Shown: positions 19,923 to 31,064, counted from the stretch's first letter. The stretch: 64,000 bases of DNA from Chitinophagaceae bacterium T5-Br10_B2g13 (GCA_001564065.1 LKNA01000004.1:18790-82789), one strand, 5' to 3'. Program-made: numbers and translations. Notes: a model not told the origin generated them from the sequence alone.

Positions 19923-20366
19923 TTATTTTTTCTCTTCTTTTTTAACGGAAGATTCTTTTGCATATTCAGAATCTTTTGATTTATCAAGCATGGCAGAATC
20001 GCTACCCATTCTGCAGGCACCGTTTATCTGCGCACCCTCTTCCACCAAAAGTGTTTTTGTGTATATATCACCGTCAATTACAGCCGAATCGCGTAAATTA
20101 AGTTTATTGGAGACCCGAATAGTTCCTTCAATTTTCCCGGCTATATCGGCATCAGCTACTTTAACATCTCCCTGAACTACTCCGGATGAGGTAACAATCA
20201 ACTTCCCCTTAGTTATTCCCTCTCCTTTCAATTTTCCTGCGATACGAATATCGTTTTGCGAGTTAAGAGTACCCTCAAGAGTAGTTCCCTCGCTTATCAT
20301 ATTTAGTGTCGGAGATTGTGTATTTGTTGTCTTGCTCACGGTTTTATTGTTTTTGTTATTAAACAT
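19923..20366 (-). CDS. Bactofilin (polymer-forming cytoskeletal protein)
   Basis: Beta-helical repeats 'ISEGTTLEG...IRIAG...GDV...VEEGAQING'. Confidence 0.92.
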   Translation of the reverse strand: MFNNKNNKTVSKTTNTQSPTLNMISEGTTLEGTLNSQNDIRIAGKLKGEGITKGKLIVTSSGVVQGDVKVADADIAGKIEGTIRVSNKLNLRDSAVIDGDIYTKTLLVEEGAQINGACRMGSDSAMLDKSKDSEYAKESSVKKEEKK

Positions 20367-20377
20367 AAAGTTTAGTC

Positions 20378-21226
20378 TCAGTTGTTAAGATACATTAAAG
20401 GATTTTGAGGCACTCCATTTTTCCAAATTTCAAGATGCAGATGAGATCCGGTGCTTAAAACGCCACGATCTCCAATCTCACCTAAAATATCACCCTTCAA
20501 AACAAAATCACCTTTCGATCTAGCAAGCTTTGCACCATGCTTATAAACACTTACCACACCACCTGAATGCTGAAGGTAGATAACATATCCATAATTAATC
20601 GTCCACCCCGCATTCATTACGGTGCCGTCTGCTATTGCTTTAAAAATTGTACCGGGACGCGCGGCAATATCTATTCCAAAATGTCCATTTTCGGCACTAT
20701 ATCCCTGACTCAAACGCCCTTCAACCGGAAAATCAGACGGAAAATCCGGTATCTCGTTCAGTGAACCGGAGAAAATAATTTCATTTTGTGAAAGCATCTC
20801 AAACGTTCGAACGTTTGGAGAAGCACCACCAGTTGGATAATAGTCATCAGAAATCAACATATCAGCTGTTTGATCTACGGCTAATACCGTATCAGCGGCC
20901 GTTCTCAGCACCTCTTTCATATCATTAAGCTGCCGATCTCTTGCCATAAGAGAATCCTGCAGTGACATGACCCGCTCTGAGATTTCAATCACATTCTGCC
21001 TCAAAGCATAGTCTTCTTTAAACTGATAAAGAGACCCAATTGGTGTGGCAAAAAATAGGATTGTTGTAAATAAGACCGATAGTACGATCACAAAAACCAC
21101 CATTTTAATAATGTCCACTGCTCTTAGTTTAAACGAGCTGGAACCATCGGGATCGTGTTCATCCAATACTACTACTGTAACATCTCCCTCACGTTCCGAA
21201 AAAATTCGTTTAATAAATTCCCACAT
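20378..21226 (-). CDS. M23 family metallopeptidase
   Basis: 'HFGID' and 'HLHLEIW' zinc motifs, preceded by a TM segment and a coiled coil. Confidence 0.92.
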   Translation of the reverse strand: MWEFIKRIFSEREGDVTVVVLDEHDPDGSSSFKLRAVDIIKMVVFVIVLSVLFTTILFFATPIGSLYQFKEDYALRQNVIEISERVMSLQDSLMARDRQLNDMKEVLRTAADTVLAVDQTADMLISDDYYPTGGASPNVRTFEMLSQNEIIFSGSLNEIPDFPSDFPVEGRLSQGYSAENGHFGIDIAARPGTIFKAIADGTVMNAGWTINYGYVIYLQHSGGVVSVYKHGAKLARSKGDFVLKGDILGEIGDRGVLSTGSHLHLEIWKNGVPQNPLMYLNN

Positions 21227-21263
21227 GAGTGTTACAGTTAATAGTTAAGTATTGAACTTTCGA

Positions 21264-22739
21264 TCAGGATACCGAATAGTTAGGTGCTTCCTTTGTTATC
21301 TGAACAGTGTGTGGATGACTTTCTTTATAGCTGGCAGCCGAAATTTGTACAAATTCAGCTTCTTTTAGTTCCTCAATCGTCGAAGCGCCCACGTAACCCA
21401 TTGCAGCCCGCACTCCTCCTACCATCTGATGAACCACCTCACTGAGGTAACCTTTGTACGGCACCCGGCCTTCGATCCCTTCAGGCACCAGTTTCAGATC
21501 GTCTTCCACATCCTGGAAGTACCTGTCTTTTGAACCCTTCCTCATGGCACTTATACTGCCCATGCCTCTGTATGATTTATACTTTCTAGACTCATAAATT
21601 ATGGTTTCGCCGGGGCTTTCATCCACACCGGCAAACATAGAACCCATCATAACGGCATCTGCTCCGCCGGCAAGGGCTTTAGGTATATCACCGGTTTGCT
21701 TGATACCACCGTCCGCAATCAACCCAATATTATTTTTTGATGTAAACTCAGCAATTTCCATGATTGCCGATAGCTGAGGTACTCCAACTCCGGTTACTAC
21801 CCGCGTTGTGCAAATTGACCCCGGTCCCACACCTACTTTAACCACATCCGCACCGGCCTCTACCAGTGCTTCCGCAGCAGATCTTGTTGCAATGTTACCT
21901 CCAACCACGTTCAGATCTTTATACTTGTTTTTAATATTCCTTACCGTACTCAAAACACCCTCTGAGTGCCCGTGAGCTGTATCAACGGTTACAATATCTA
22001 CGCCTGACTCAACCAGAGCATCTATGCGATCCATAGTATCCGGGGTAACCCCAACAGCAGCACCTACACGCAATCTTCCCATATCGTCCTTACACGCATT
22101 AGGGAAGTTCATTTTCTTTTCGATGTCTTTAAACGTAATCAAACCGACCAGGATATTATCACTATCTACGATTGGCAGCTTCTCCACTTTATACTCCTGA
22201 AGTATCTGCTCTGCCTCATCAAGAGTAGTTCCCTGCTTGGCTGTTACAAGATTTTCGCTGGTCATAATTTCACCCAGCTTTTTATCTACATAATGCTCGA
22301 AGCGTAAATCACGATTAGTAACTATTCCTACAAGTAAGTTATTTGACTCAACTATCGGAATTCCACCAATTTTATGCTTTCTCATTAATGCACGCGCATC
22401 TTTAACTGTTGCTTCAGCCGGAAGAGTTACCGGATCCACGATCATGCCGCTTTCACTGCGCTTAACCAAACGCACCTGCTCGGCCTGGTCCTCAATTGAC
22501 ATATTTTTATGGAGCATGGCAATTCCTCCCTCTCTTGCAAGCGCAATGGCCATCCGATACTCTGATACTGTATCCATGGCCGCACTAAATATTGGTGTAT
22601 TTAACCTGAGGGAAGGGGTTAGCTGAACGGATATATCTACTTCTCGGGGAAGTACTTTTGAGTGATTGGGAACCAACAAAACATCGTCGTAGGTTAGTCC
22701 CTGACGGGTTATCTTTGAGAAGGGAGAGGAGTTATTCAT
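21264..22739 (-). CDS. guaB: IMP dehydrogenase
   Basis: 'GPGSICTTR' catalytic motif, a CBS pair and 'YRGMGS'. Confidence 0.98.
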   Translation of the reverse strand: MNNSSPFSKITRQGLTYDDVLLVPNHSKVLPREVDISVQLTPSLRLNTPIFSAAMDTVSEYRMAIALAREGGIAMLHKNMSIEDQAEQVRLVKRSESGMIVDPVTLPAEATVKDARALMRKHKIGGIPIVESNNLLVGIVTNRDLRFEHYVDKKLGEIMTSENLVTAKQGTTLDEAEQILQEYKVEKLPIVDSDNILVGLITFKDIEKKMNFPNACKDDMGRLRVGAAVGVTPDTMDRIDALVESGVDIVTVDTAHGHSEGVLSTVRNIKNKYKDLNVVGGNIATRSAAEALVEAGADVVKVGVGPGSICTTRVVTGVGVPQLSAIMEIAEFTSKNNIGLIADGGIKQTGDIPKALAGGADAVMMGSMFAGVDESPGETIIYESRKYKSYRGMGSISAMRKGSKDRYFQDVEDDLKLVPEGIEGRVPYKGYLSEVVHQMVGGVRAAMGYVGASTIEELKEAEFVQISAASYKESHPHTVQITKEAPNYSVS

Positions 22740-22851
22740 GGAATAGATTTCGCTTTGTTTACATTTTGGTAAAGATAAGAAATCCTAATGAACTTCTTTA
22801 CCCAAATTCCACGAAAACATATCTACCCCTAACCTCTGACCAATAAGAACC

Positions 22852-23172
22852 TCAAAGCTTTTTAATTCTAAGTGAATCGATTGCCGTGTTTTTGTCACAG
22901 ATTCCATCCAGGTAACTGTTAACCCAAAAATCTACACTCTCTCTTCTCCGCTGAACCCACTCGGAGCTTGTGCAGTACTGACCTTTTAGTTCATCAACAT
23001 AGCCTTTTACATCTTCCTCGATTACCAGCTTCATTTCTCCCGGAAGATCAGACCATCCTAACAAGGCGAACATCTCTTCAATTTCCCGATACTCAGCTTC
23101 TGCTTTGTGGAATATCGATTTCAGTACTGCTTTTTGCGGAGTTATTTTTGTTTTCTTAATTGCTGCTTGCAT
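22852..23172 (-). CDS. Hypothetical protein (106 aa)
   Basis: ATG-started ORF with protein-like composition that fills the gap between purB and guaB. No family recognised. Confidence 0.7.
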   Translation of the reverse strand: MQAAIKKTKITPQKAVLKSIFHKAEAEYREIEEMFALLGWSDLPGEMKLVIEEDVKGYVDELKGQYCTSSEWVQRRRESVDFWVNSYLDGICDKNTAIDSLRIKKL

Positions 23173-23210
23173 GGCTGTTGTGTGGTTTAATTATGATTTA
23201 CACACAACTT

Positions 23211-23242
23211 AAAACAACAGGGTGACATCTTTGTGTCACCCT
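23211..23242 (-). terminator. Terminator-like hairpin after purB
   Basis: Minus-strand AGGGTGACA-caaaga-TGTCACCCT followed by GTTGTTTT. Confidence 0.65.
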
Positions 23243-23257
23243 TATTTCAACTTTTTT

Positions 23258-24550
23258 TTAAAGCCCGGCTCTTGAGAAAATCTCATCCACTCGGCGGGTG
23301 TGGTGAGCCAGATCAAAAGCAGCTTCTATCTCCTCCACAGAAAGGTTTTCCCGGATGGTTTCATCCGCTTTAACCAGCTCTTTAAAATCTCGCTTCTCCT
23401 CCCACGCTTTCATTGCCAATGGCTGAACGGTGTCATAGGCAATTTCACGATTCAGTCCTTTGTCTATCAGCATGAGCAGAAGCCGCTGCGAAAAGACCAG
23501 CCCGTGAGTTTTCTGCATGTTCTCCAGCATGTTTTCAGGATAAACCATCAGGTTTTCAATTACACCCGAAAATCTGTGGAGCATATAATCCAGCAGAATG
23601 GTGGCATCCGGCAGAATGATGCGCTCAACAGAAGAGTGTGAGATATCCCGCTCGTGCCAGAGAGGCATATTCTCATAAGCGGAGATCATATACCCCCGAA
23701 GTACACGAGCACATCCGGTGATATTTTCTGAACTGACAGGATTGCGTTTGTGCGGCATTGCCGATGAGCCTTTCTGTCCCTTTCTGAAAAACTCCTCAGC
23801 TTCGCGAAGCTCTGTTCTCTGCAAATGGCGAATCTCAACGGCGATCTTCTCCAGTGTTCCACCAATAACAGCAAGAGTTGCCATGTAGTATGCGTGCCGG
23901 TCGCGCTGAAGGGTTTGCGTAGAAACCGGTGCCGGAGAGATTCCGAGAATCTCGCAGGTATATTTTTCAACTTCCGGCGGAATATGCGCGAATGTACCCA
24001 CAGCGCCGGAAATTTTTCCAAACTCCACATCTTTGGCCGCACGCTCAAACCGATCAATATTTCGCTGCATTTCTGCGTACCAGAGTGCGCATTTCAATCC
24101 AAAGGTTGTTGGTTCGGCATGTACTCCGTGAGTCCGGCCCATCATCACCGTCATTTTGTGCTCATGCGCTTTTTCAGCCAGTGCTTTCACAAATCGATCC
24201 AGTCCTTCGCTGATCAACGCATTGGCCTGTTTAAGCCGGTAGCCGTTTGCGGTATCCACAACATCCGTGGAGGTTAACCCGTAGTGAACCCATTTTTTTT
24301 CGTCCCCGAGAGATTCTGAAACGGTTCGCGTAAACGCAACCACATCGTGGCGGGTTTGCTTTTCAATCTCTTTGATGCGCTCTACATCAAACGAAGCCTT
24401 TTCGTAGAGTTTGTCTACATCTTCAGACGGTATTTTTCCAATTTTACTCCAAGCTCTGCATGCTGCAAGCTCAACTTCTAACCACGCCTGAAAATGGTTT
24501 TGCTCCGACCAGATGTCGGACATCTCCTTTCTGGAATATCTTTCAATCAT
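23258..24550 (-). CDS. purB: Adenylosuccinate lyase
   Basis: '[11 protein letters not shown]', '[12 protein letters not shown]' and '[12 protein letters not shown]'. Confidence 0.98.
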   Translation of the reverse strand: MIERYSRKEMSDIWSEQNHFQAWLEVELAACRAWSKIGKIPSEDVDKLYEKASFDVERIKEIEKQTRHDVVAFTRTVSESLGDEKKWVHYGLTSTDVVDTANGYRLKQANALISEGLDRFVKALAEKAHEHKMTVMMGRTHGVHAEPTTFGLKCALWYAEMQRNIDRFERAAKDVEFGKISGAVGTFAHIPPEVEKYTCEILGISPAPVSTQTLQRDRHAYYMATLAVIGGTLEKIAVEIRHLQRTELREAEEFFRKGQKGSSAMPHKRNPVSSENITGCARVLRGYMISAYENMPLWHERDISHSSVERIILPDATILLDYMLHRFSGVIENLMVYPENMLENMQKTHGLVFSQRLLLMLIDKGLNREIAYDTVQPLAMKAWEEKRDFKELVKADETIRENLSVEEIEAAFDLAHHTRRVDEIFSRAGL

Positions 24551-24559
24551 AACAAATAT

Positions 24560-26059
24560 TTACTGAACTGGTATTTTAAGTAGGGTTCCGGGTTGAATTG
24601 TTGTATCCAGGTTAACCTGGTTGATAATGGCAATATCTTCATGCTCCAGATCCATTGGAAGCTGATCCGGAAGGTATTGCCTGAAAGTTTTTCTTTGATC
24701 AGCCTCTACAATCTGAAGGCGAACCGGTTGAATATTGAGTATCGACTCATCTGTCAGTCGGTCAAATGATGATGTCACCGCTCTGAAATCACCAACGTGG
24801 TTCTCAAATGTAGATTCAAGACTGTAATTAATAAATCTGTAAACCCTGTTTTGAAACTCAACTGCATATACATGAACACCGAGCCGACTATTCTCCTGCT
24901 GAATTGTACCTTCTGCCTGATGAGCCGTCCAGCGACTTGCGCTCTGAGTCTCTCCCCTTTCCCTGAGCGTAAATCCTTCCTGATTCACAAACTGCGTGAT
25001 CGACTCCGCAGCTGTTGAGTTTTGGGAATCAATTCTCATAATCATCACTGCATCTCCCTCGCCTTTTACCAATACAACCTGAGAAGGCTGATTGATCACT
25101 CTCCACTGTTGAGGAACAGGATAGTAGAACTCCAGATCCGGGTGTACAAATCGCCCATCGGTAACATATCCGTTTCTCGGGTTGTCACCGAAAACCATTC
25201 CATTGAGCATCTGCATATACCGCTCGGTTCCGTATATAGTTTGCTCATAGCCCTGTTCCCTCCACTCATTGGCCAACCGGGGAATAGTCTGCTCACGCTC
25301 GCCCGGGTTTGGGTGAGTTGACAACATATTGGGTATACTCTGCCCGGCTTTTTCAGATATCCTTCGCAGGCTTGTAAAAAATTCAGCCCCCTCAGCCGCT
25401 ACGTAATTTTTCTTAGCCGAATACTCTACACCGAGCCGGTCCGACTCTCTTTCGTGATCGCGACTATAGCTCATAAACAATAACTGCGCAGCCTGACTGC
25501 TTAAATTCAACAGAGACTCCCCGGGCAGTCCCAAAAGTTCTTGTCCCAGAATAGACCCGCCTATCACAGCAACCTGACCAAGGGTTTGAGTTAAAGCCCT
25601 CTGCGAGGCGTGCCTGCCTGCTACGTGGCCAATTTCATGCCCTACCACAACAGCAAGCTGTGCTTCGTTATTCAGATGTGCCATCAACCCTCTGGTTACG
25701 TATACATATCCACCCGGCAAGGCAAAAGCGTTAACAACAGGACTGTCCAGCACTCGAAATGTGAACTCCGTATTTTTAAACATATCCGCAGCTCCATCTC
25801 TTCTCATGTGACTAACTTCAAGAAGCTCCTCACCTAAATTGACAACATATTCATCCAGGCGTTCATCATCATAAAGACCATACTGCGCAACAATTTCCTG
25901 ATCAACTTCCTGACCAATTTGAACCTCTTGCTGCCAAGAGTAGGCGAAAGCTCTTTTATTTCCGGATATCGGGTTTTGCTGTACCACGCATGATGACGCA
26001 AATACAAATGCAGCAACCAGCAGGATTAAATGTGTATACAATCGTTTCATGGCGTTCAC
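24560..26059 (-). CDS. M48 family metalloprotease lipoprotein
   Basis: Lipobox 'ASSC', 'NAFALPGG', 'HEIGH', 'ERESD' and 'STHP', with a LysM-like C-terminus. Confidence 0.9.
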   Translation of the reverse strand: MNAMKRLYTHLILLVAAFVFASSCVVQQNPISGNKRAFAYSWQQEVQIGQEVDQEIVAQYGLYDDERLDEYVVNLGEELLEVSHMRRDGAADMFKNTEFTFRVLDSPVVNAFALPGGYVYVTRGLMAHLNNEAQLAVVVGHEIGHVAGRHASQRALTQTLGQVAVIGGSILGQELLGLPGESLLNLSSQAAQLLFMSYSRDHERESDRLGVEYSAKKNYVAAEGAEFFTSLRRISEKAGQSIPNMLSTHPNPGEREQTIPRLANEWREQGYEQTIYGTERYMQMLNGMVFGDNPRNGYVTDGRFVHPDLEFYYPVPQQWRVINQPSQVVLVKGEGDAVMIMRIDSQNSTAAESITQFVNQEGFTLRERGETQSASRWTAHQAEGTIQQENSRLGVHVYAVEFQNRVYRFINYSLESTFENHVGDFRAVTSSFDRLTDESILNIQPVRLQIVEADQRKTFRQYLPDQLPMDLEHEDIAIINQVNLDTTIQPGTLLKIPVQ

Positions 26060-26085
26060 CTTTCTTAGAATTAGTTCATCAAAAA

Positions 26086-27972
26086 TTATCGATCTACGAT
26101 CACATTCCCTGATCTTCCTTCATGTGATGTTAAGTTTTTCAAGTGGCTATAAATTATGAATAAAGCGTAAGAATCCATCGCACAGTATCTTCTTAAAAGA
26201 GTTGGAATAATTTCCTTCTCTTCAGATGACAAGAGCCCGCTTTTCAGGGATATATAAGCATTCATGGCAGACTCGCCATCATCTACACTGTAATCAGGAT
26301 CCTGCAATTGGCCATAGGGATTCGAGCCGGAGGCATTTTTAAACATATTTTTAAAGTTTACGATCCTGTCATAGATTTTTGCCTCACCTTTTACAGGTTC
26401 TTTTAAATGATTCATTAACAGAAAAATACTGTTCAGAACCTGCTTTAATCCAATACTTCCACTCATATACCGATTATAGTATCCTTCGCGGACTGATTTG
26501 CTCAAATCAAATATCCTATGTTCGTTTGTATTTCCATCAACATAGAGCATGTTTTTCAGATCCCGGATTTCATTTTCGTAAAGCATCGAGTTTTGGTTCA
26601 TCTCTTGCAGTAAATATCGCAGTGCCTGTGATTCAAACGGCGAGTACTGTATCAGGTTCCCTTCAAAAATATTCTCAATCTCTGCTAGACGTTGCACAAA
26701 CTCCACATGCGGATACCCGCCACTTTCCTTGTCATCAAGCCATTCATGATGTGAAATCTCCCCGTTTTCATATAACGTATGGCACGAGAATTGAAAATAG
26801 ACCGGATGATAGGGGCCGCCATTCCGGTGCATGGGCAGTGCATACATTGCCGCCTCAAAGTCGATAAAGTGAAGCGGAAATCTGAGACTGCCTAGCGAAA
26901 GTTTTTGCTGCTTAATCCAAACGTCGGGTATAAACTGTTGTTTAGCTTTTAAAATTTGAAGCTCTCTACGCTGTTGAATTGTTATTGCGGATGGATTCTT
27001 TTTCCTGACTTCTTCAAAACTCTGTAAACCTGCCTTTGACGGGTAATCTTCCTGGTAGTAGATCTTGTTTTCAATAAGCTCATTATTCCCGTGACCAATC
27101 AGTTCAAACACATGCTTTTCAGGGTAGGCTTTTAAATGACCGGAAAAGTGCTTATTCCAACAGTTCTTAACGCCATTCTTATCAGGTTTTCTAAATTCAC
27201 AATTACTGCAGCCCTGATGAATTTCAACTCCAAAGCGACCTATATCATCTATCGATTCATTTTCGAGATCAGCTAAAACATCATTCACACTTCTTTTGGC
27301 ATAAAACGGGTGCGCAACAGATTCAGGCAATCTCCCGCTCACATGAAGTGTGGCATCTGTTGCCTCCATTTTTGTAAAAAGAGACTCAAATTCATTTTGG
27401 ATTTTCTTCGGTACACGATCCGCCGCAATCTCCGAGATCACCTGCATCACCCCATCCATCGAAGCATTGTATCGCTTGTCAGGAAAGTATAGCTCAACAC
27501 TGATTTTTGAGCTTTCCAGAGCACGCTTTAATATCTCCATTCGGTATGCAGCTTTTACCAAATAGCCGTTAGTTGTTTTACTGAGCACAGGTATGGATAC
27601 GACTCCATCATGAATCCGTTTTTTAAGTTTTCCATGAACCTGTACAATTGTAAAATGCTCACCCTCTTTTACCAGAATCGGTATTCTTGACGCAAAGTTA
27701 CCATAACGAATTACGGCCCCACAAATCACAACATTCGACTCCTTCAACCATGTTTTTGTCTCTTTTTCTGCCACCGAAACAGAGTCTGATGTAAATTTCA
27801 GGTTTGAGAATTGATAAGAAACAGCATTTCTGAGCTGAAGCTTGTTACGCTGCTTGAATGGCAAATATGGTGAGCGCGTGCTGCTGCTTTTACTTTTGTG
27901 ATATAATTTTAGCGGGCATGAAATAGCTTTCAGAAAAAGTGAATCGTTGATCTCTTTCTCTTTAGCCATCAT
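26086..27972 (-). CDS. DUF2779 domain-containing protein
   Basis: C-terminal 'FPLHFIDFEA', 'FQFSCH', 'SIGLKQV' and 'YCAMDS'; N-terminal 'CPLKLY' and a CxxC..C cluster. Confidence 0.8.
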   Translation of the reverse strand: MMAKEKEINDSLFLKAISCPLKLYHKSKSSSTRSPYLPFKQRNKLQLRNAVSYQFSNLKFTSDSVSVAEKETKTWLKESNVVICGAVIRYGNFASRIPILVKEGEHFTIVQVHGKLKKRIHDGVVSIPVLSKTTNGYLVKAAYRMEILKRALESSKISVELYFPDKRYNASMDGVMQVISEIAADRVPKKIQNEFESLFTKMEATDATLHVSGRLPESVAHPFYAKRSVNDVLADLENESIDDIGRFGVEIHQGCSNCEFRKPDKNGVKNCWNKHFSGHLKAYPEKHVFELIGHGNNELIENKIYYQEDYPSKAGLQSFEEVRKKNPSAITIQQRRELQILKAKQQFIPDVWIKQQKLSLGSLRFPLHFIDFEAAMYALPMHRNGGPYHPVYFQFSCHTLYENGEISHHEWLDDKESGGYPHVEFVQRLAEIENIFEGNLIQYSPFESQALRYLLQEMNQNSMLYENEIRDLKNMLYVDGNTNEHRIFDLSKSVREGYYNRYMSGSIGLKQVLNSIFLLMNHLKEPVKGEAKIYDRIVNFKNMFKNASGSNPYGQLQDPDYSVDDGESAMNAYISLKSGLLSSEEKEIIPTLLRRYCAMDSYALFIIYSHLKNLTSHEGRSGNVIVDR

Positions 27973-29012
27973 GAGATTACGTTAACTTCCGGATCCAGCT
28001 CCACGCCAAACTTCTCTTTCACCGATTCACGTATTTTCATGGCATGCTCATAGATCTCTTCTCCTGTAGCACCTCCATGATTTACCAACACCAGAGCCTG
28101 GTTTTTGTAAGTCCCCACATTCCCGACTTTTTTTCCTTTCCACCCGGCCTGTTCAATCAGCCAGCCAGCAGGAATTTTTATTTTACCGGCACCTGCTTCA
28201 AACGATGGGATTGATGGGTACTGCTGTTTCAGTTTTTGGTAGACTGAGACCTCAACGATTGGGTTTTTAAAAAAGCTTCCGGCATTGCCGATCAGTTCAG
28301 GATTTGGCAGCTTCGATTCCCGGATCTCAACTACAGCATTGAATACATCCTTAATCGTTGGGCTTTTTATGCCATTAGACTGGAAATATTCTTGGAGCGC
28401 GTAATATGAATCTTCTATGGTGTGAGGTGGTTTTTGCAGCCGGAGGGTTACCTCAGTTATGATCACCTTCCCCTTCAGGCTTTTTTTAAAAATGCTGTCG
28501 CGGTAGCCAAAATCACACTCATTGATTGAAAAAACACGCTCCTCCCCCGTTTCGGGAAGAAAAGCCTTTAAACTGTGGAATGTATCTTTCAACTCTACAC
28601 CATATGCGCCAATATTCTGAATTGGAGCAGCGCCTACAGTTCCCGGAATCAGCGCGAGATTCTCGATACCGCCAAAGCCTTTTTCAACGCAAAATGACAC
28701 AAAATCATGCCAGGTAACACCGGCACCTGACTTGATTAAAATCTCTTTATCTCTCTCATGAATGATTTCAATACCTGGAATGGAGATTTTAAGCACCGGC
28801 TGTTTTAGATCTGACTTTATCAGCACATTGCTGCCACCACCTAAAATAACCGGAGAGTATTTTTTAAAAAAATCCTTGTTATATATCGCTAAAAGCTGTG
28901 ATGGTTCAGAAATAGTAATAAACTGATCCGCCTTAGCCTCTACTCTAAGCGTGTTATAAGGAGACAGATTTATATTTTCTTGAACCGGTGGTTTGGTGAT
29001 AGAAGTGTTCAA
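27969..29012 (-). CDS. murB: UDP-N-acetylmuramate dehydrogenase
   Basis: 'GGGSNVL', 'IPGTVGAAPIQNIGAYG', 'GSFFKNP' and 'PEV'. Confidence 0.97.
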   Translation of the reverse strand: MNTSITKPPVQENINLSPYNTLRVEAKADQFITISEPSQLLAIYNKDFFKKYSPVILGGGSNVLIKSDLKQPVLKISIPGIEIIHERDKEILIKSGAGVTWHDFVSFCVEKGFGGIENLALIPGTVGAAPIQNIGAYGVELKDTFHSLKAFLPETGEERVFSINECDFGYRDSIFKKSLKGKVIITEVTLRLQKPPHTIEDSYYALQEYFQSNGIKSPTIKDVFNAVVEIRESKLPNPELIGNAGSFFKNPIVEVSVYQKLKQQYPSIPSFEAGAGKIKIPAGWLIEQAGWKGKKVGNVGTYKNQALVLVNHGGATGEEIYEHAMKIRESVKEKFGVELDPEVNVIS

Positions 29013-29024
29013 TGGGTATTTCGT

Positions 29025-30416
29025 TTATACTTCTTTCTTAGATTTTTCGATTGGCATCTGTTTAACCCGGAGTTTTTTTACTCTGTTATTCTTGACCGAA
29101 TGAACCGTCATTTCCAGATTTTTATAGATCATACGTTCTCCCACATTGGGTATTCGCTCTGTTAGGTGATAGACCAATCCGCCCAATGTTTCAAATTCAT
29201 CATCGTCAGAGGAGATAGATGTATCTAAAATTTCATCCAGATCATCAAGGTCAATTTTGGCATCAAAAATGTAGACACCATTTTTGAACTTAGTATAGAG
29301 TTTCTCTTCCTGGTCGTCATACTCATCACCGATATCTCCAACAATCTCTTCAAGTATATCATCCAGTGTGACGAGGCCTTCCGTTCCGCCATATTCATCA
29401 ACTACAATTGCAATGTGTGTCTTTTCATGCTGAAAATCTCTCAACAGATCGTCAAGCTTTTTTGTGGCCGGTATAAAAAGAGCTTTACGTGCTATAGTTT
29501 TCCAGTTGATTAACTTTTCACCCATATCCGAATTGATGTACGGGAGTACATCTTTAGAGTAAATAACACCGGAAATATTGTCCAGATCATTTTCAAAAAG
29601 CGGCATACGAGACAACCCCTTCTCCTGGATAAGCTGAATCACCTCTTCCAGTGTTGCATTTACCAGAACAGCAACAATATTAACGCGGGATGTCATGATT
29701 TCTCGAACGGTGATATTTCCAAACTCAATCACATTCTCAATAATTTCACGCTCATCCCCTTTCAATGACCCCTCCTGCTCGCTCATCTCAGCCATCGTTT
29801 TTAAATCCTGAGCTGTCATTTTATTATTAGGCTTTGGCAGGGTTTTCTCCAGGCTCATAGTACTCTCTGCAATAATTTTTGAAACCGGTGTGAAAAGAAT
29901 AAAGTGAGCGTAAATAAAACCAACCATTCTGCGACTCACTCTCATTGGGTTGTTAATTGCAATAACTTTGGGAGTGATCTCACTTAGAATCAAAATCATA
30001 AATGTCAGAACTATAATCTCCACGGTGTAGACAATCACCTCAGAAAAGCCGTAGTAGGCAGCAATTTTTCCTGTCATTACAGCTGCCAAAACAGAACTGA
30101 CAATATTAGCAAATGTATTGCCAATGAGTATGGTAGCCAGAAGCCGGCGTGGCTTCTGCAACATCTTTAAAATCTTGGAATCCTTCGCCCCATGTTCACC
30201 ATCAGCTTTTAACTGATCAATCTGATTGACAAGTGAGAAAAATGCGACTTCAGAACCGGAATAAAGAGCACTGAGTAGTAGCCCTGCAAGCATCAGGGTA
30301 AACTCGATCGAAATTTCAGTAAAGTTCAGATACTCCAATTGTGGCCCTGCATTAAGTAAAATCTGATTGGAAATAAATTGCACCGGATGACCGGGAGGTT
30401 CGTCGATCGCTTCCAA
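29025..30416 (-). CDS. gldE: CNNM/CBS/CorC membrane protein (GldE-like)
   Basis: 'SGSEVAFFSL', 'SEITPK', a CBS pair with 'VVDEYGGTEG' and CorC 'ETLGG'. The ssb-gldE order matches Bacteroidota. Confidence 0.8.
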   Translation of the reverse strand: MEAIDEPPGHPVQFISNQILLNAGPQLEYLNFTEISIEFTLMLAGLLLSALYSGSEVAFFSLVNQIDQLKADGEHGAKDSKILKMLQKPRRLLATILIGNTFANIVSSVLAAVMTGKIAAYYGFSEVIVYTVEIIVLTFMILILSEITPKVIAINNPMRVSRRMVGFIYAHFILFTPVSKIIAESTMSLEKTLPKPNNKMTAQDLKTMAEMSEQEGSLKGDEREIIENVIEFGNITVREIMTSRVNIVAVLVNATLEEVIQLIQEKGLSRMPLFENDLDNISGVIYSKDVLPYINSDMGEKLINWKTIARKALFIPATKKLDDLLRDFQHEKTHIAIVVDEYGGTEGLVTLDDILEEIVGDIGDEYDDQEEKLYTKFKNGVYIFDAKIDLDDLDEILDTSISSDDDEFETLGGLVYHLTERIPNVGERMIYKNLEMTVHSVKNNRVKKLRVKQMPIEKSKKEV

Positions 30417-30467
30417 AAAAAGTACTTAATTAGTGATTAGTTGATTTCAATAAAAAACAATATGAAT

Positions 30468-30499
30468 AAAAAAAGGTGATGATCAAAAGATCATCACCC
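30468..30499 (-). terminator. Terminator after ssb
   Basis: Stem GGTGATGATC-aaaa-GATCATCACC with a T-run on the minus strand. Confidence 0.8.
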
Positions 30500-30538
30500 T
30501 GAAAATACGAAATAATGGATCAATTAACCTGACCGTAA

Positions 30539-30982
30539 TTAAAACGGCAGATCATCATCCATGTCATCAAATGACTCATCCAGATCCACTGATGCTTTAG
30601 CCGGCTTGCTTCCACCTGAATTTTGCGGAGCACTTCCGCCGCCCTGGTCGCCTCGGCTATCTAACATCTGCATGTTAAACGCTTTCACTTCTGTAGTGTA
30701 TCTCTTCTGGCCATCTTTATCTTCCCATTCGCGGGTTTCCAGCTTCCCTTCAAAATATACAAGGGATCCTTTTTTCAGGTACTGCTGACAAATTTCAGCC
30801 AGCCGATTCCAAACAACTACACGATGCCATTCGGTCTTCTCCTGAAGTTCACCGTTTCTGTCTTTATACCTGTCGGTTGTAGCCACACTCATATTCGCAA
30901 CAGCTGCGTTGGATTGCGTATATCTCACATCAGGATCTGCTCCCAATCGTCCGATTATCATCACCTTATTTAATGAACTCAT
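30539..30982 (-). CDS. ssb: Single-stranded DNA-binding protein
   Basis: '[13 protein letters not shown]', 'TEWHRVV' and the acidic tail 'DDDLPF'. Confidence 0.98.
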   Translation of the reverse strand: MSSLNKVMIIGRLGADPDVRYTQSNAAVANMSVATTDRYKDRNGELQEKTEWHRVVVWNRLAEICQQYLKKGSLVYFEGKLETREWEDKDGQKRYTTEVKAFNMQMLDSRGDQGGGSAPQNSGGSKPAKASVDLDESFDDMDDDLPF

Positions 30983-31064
30983 AATTAGTCAATCATTTTT
31001 TGTTAACGTTCTATCTATAAGAACAGAATTTTTTACTTCCCTTACAGAATTTCTTTAAAAAATT

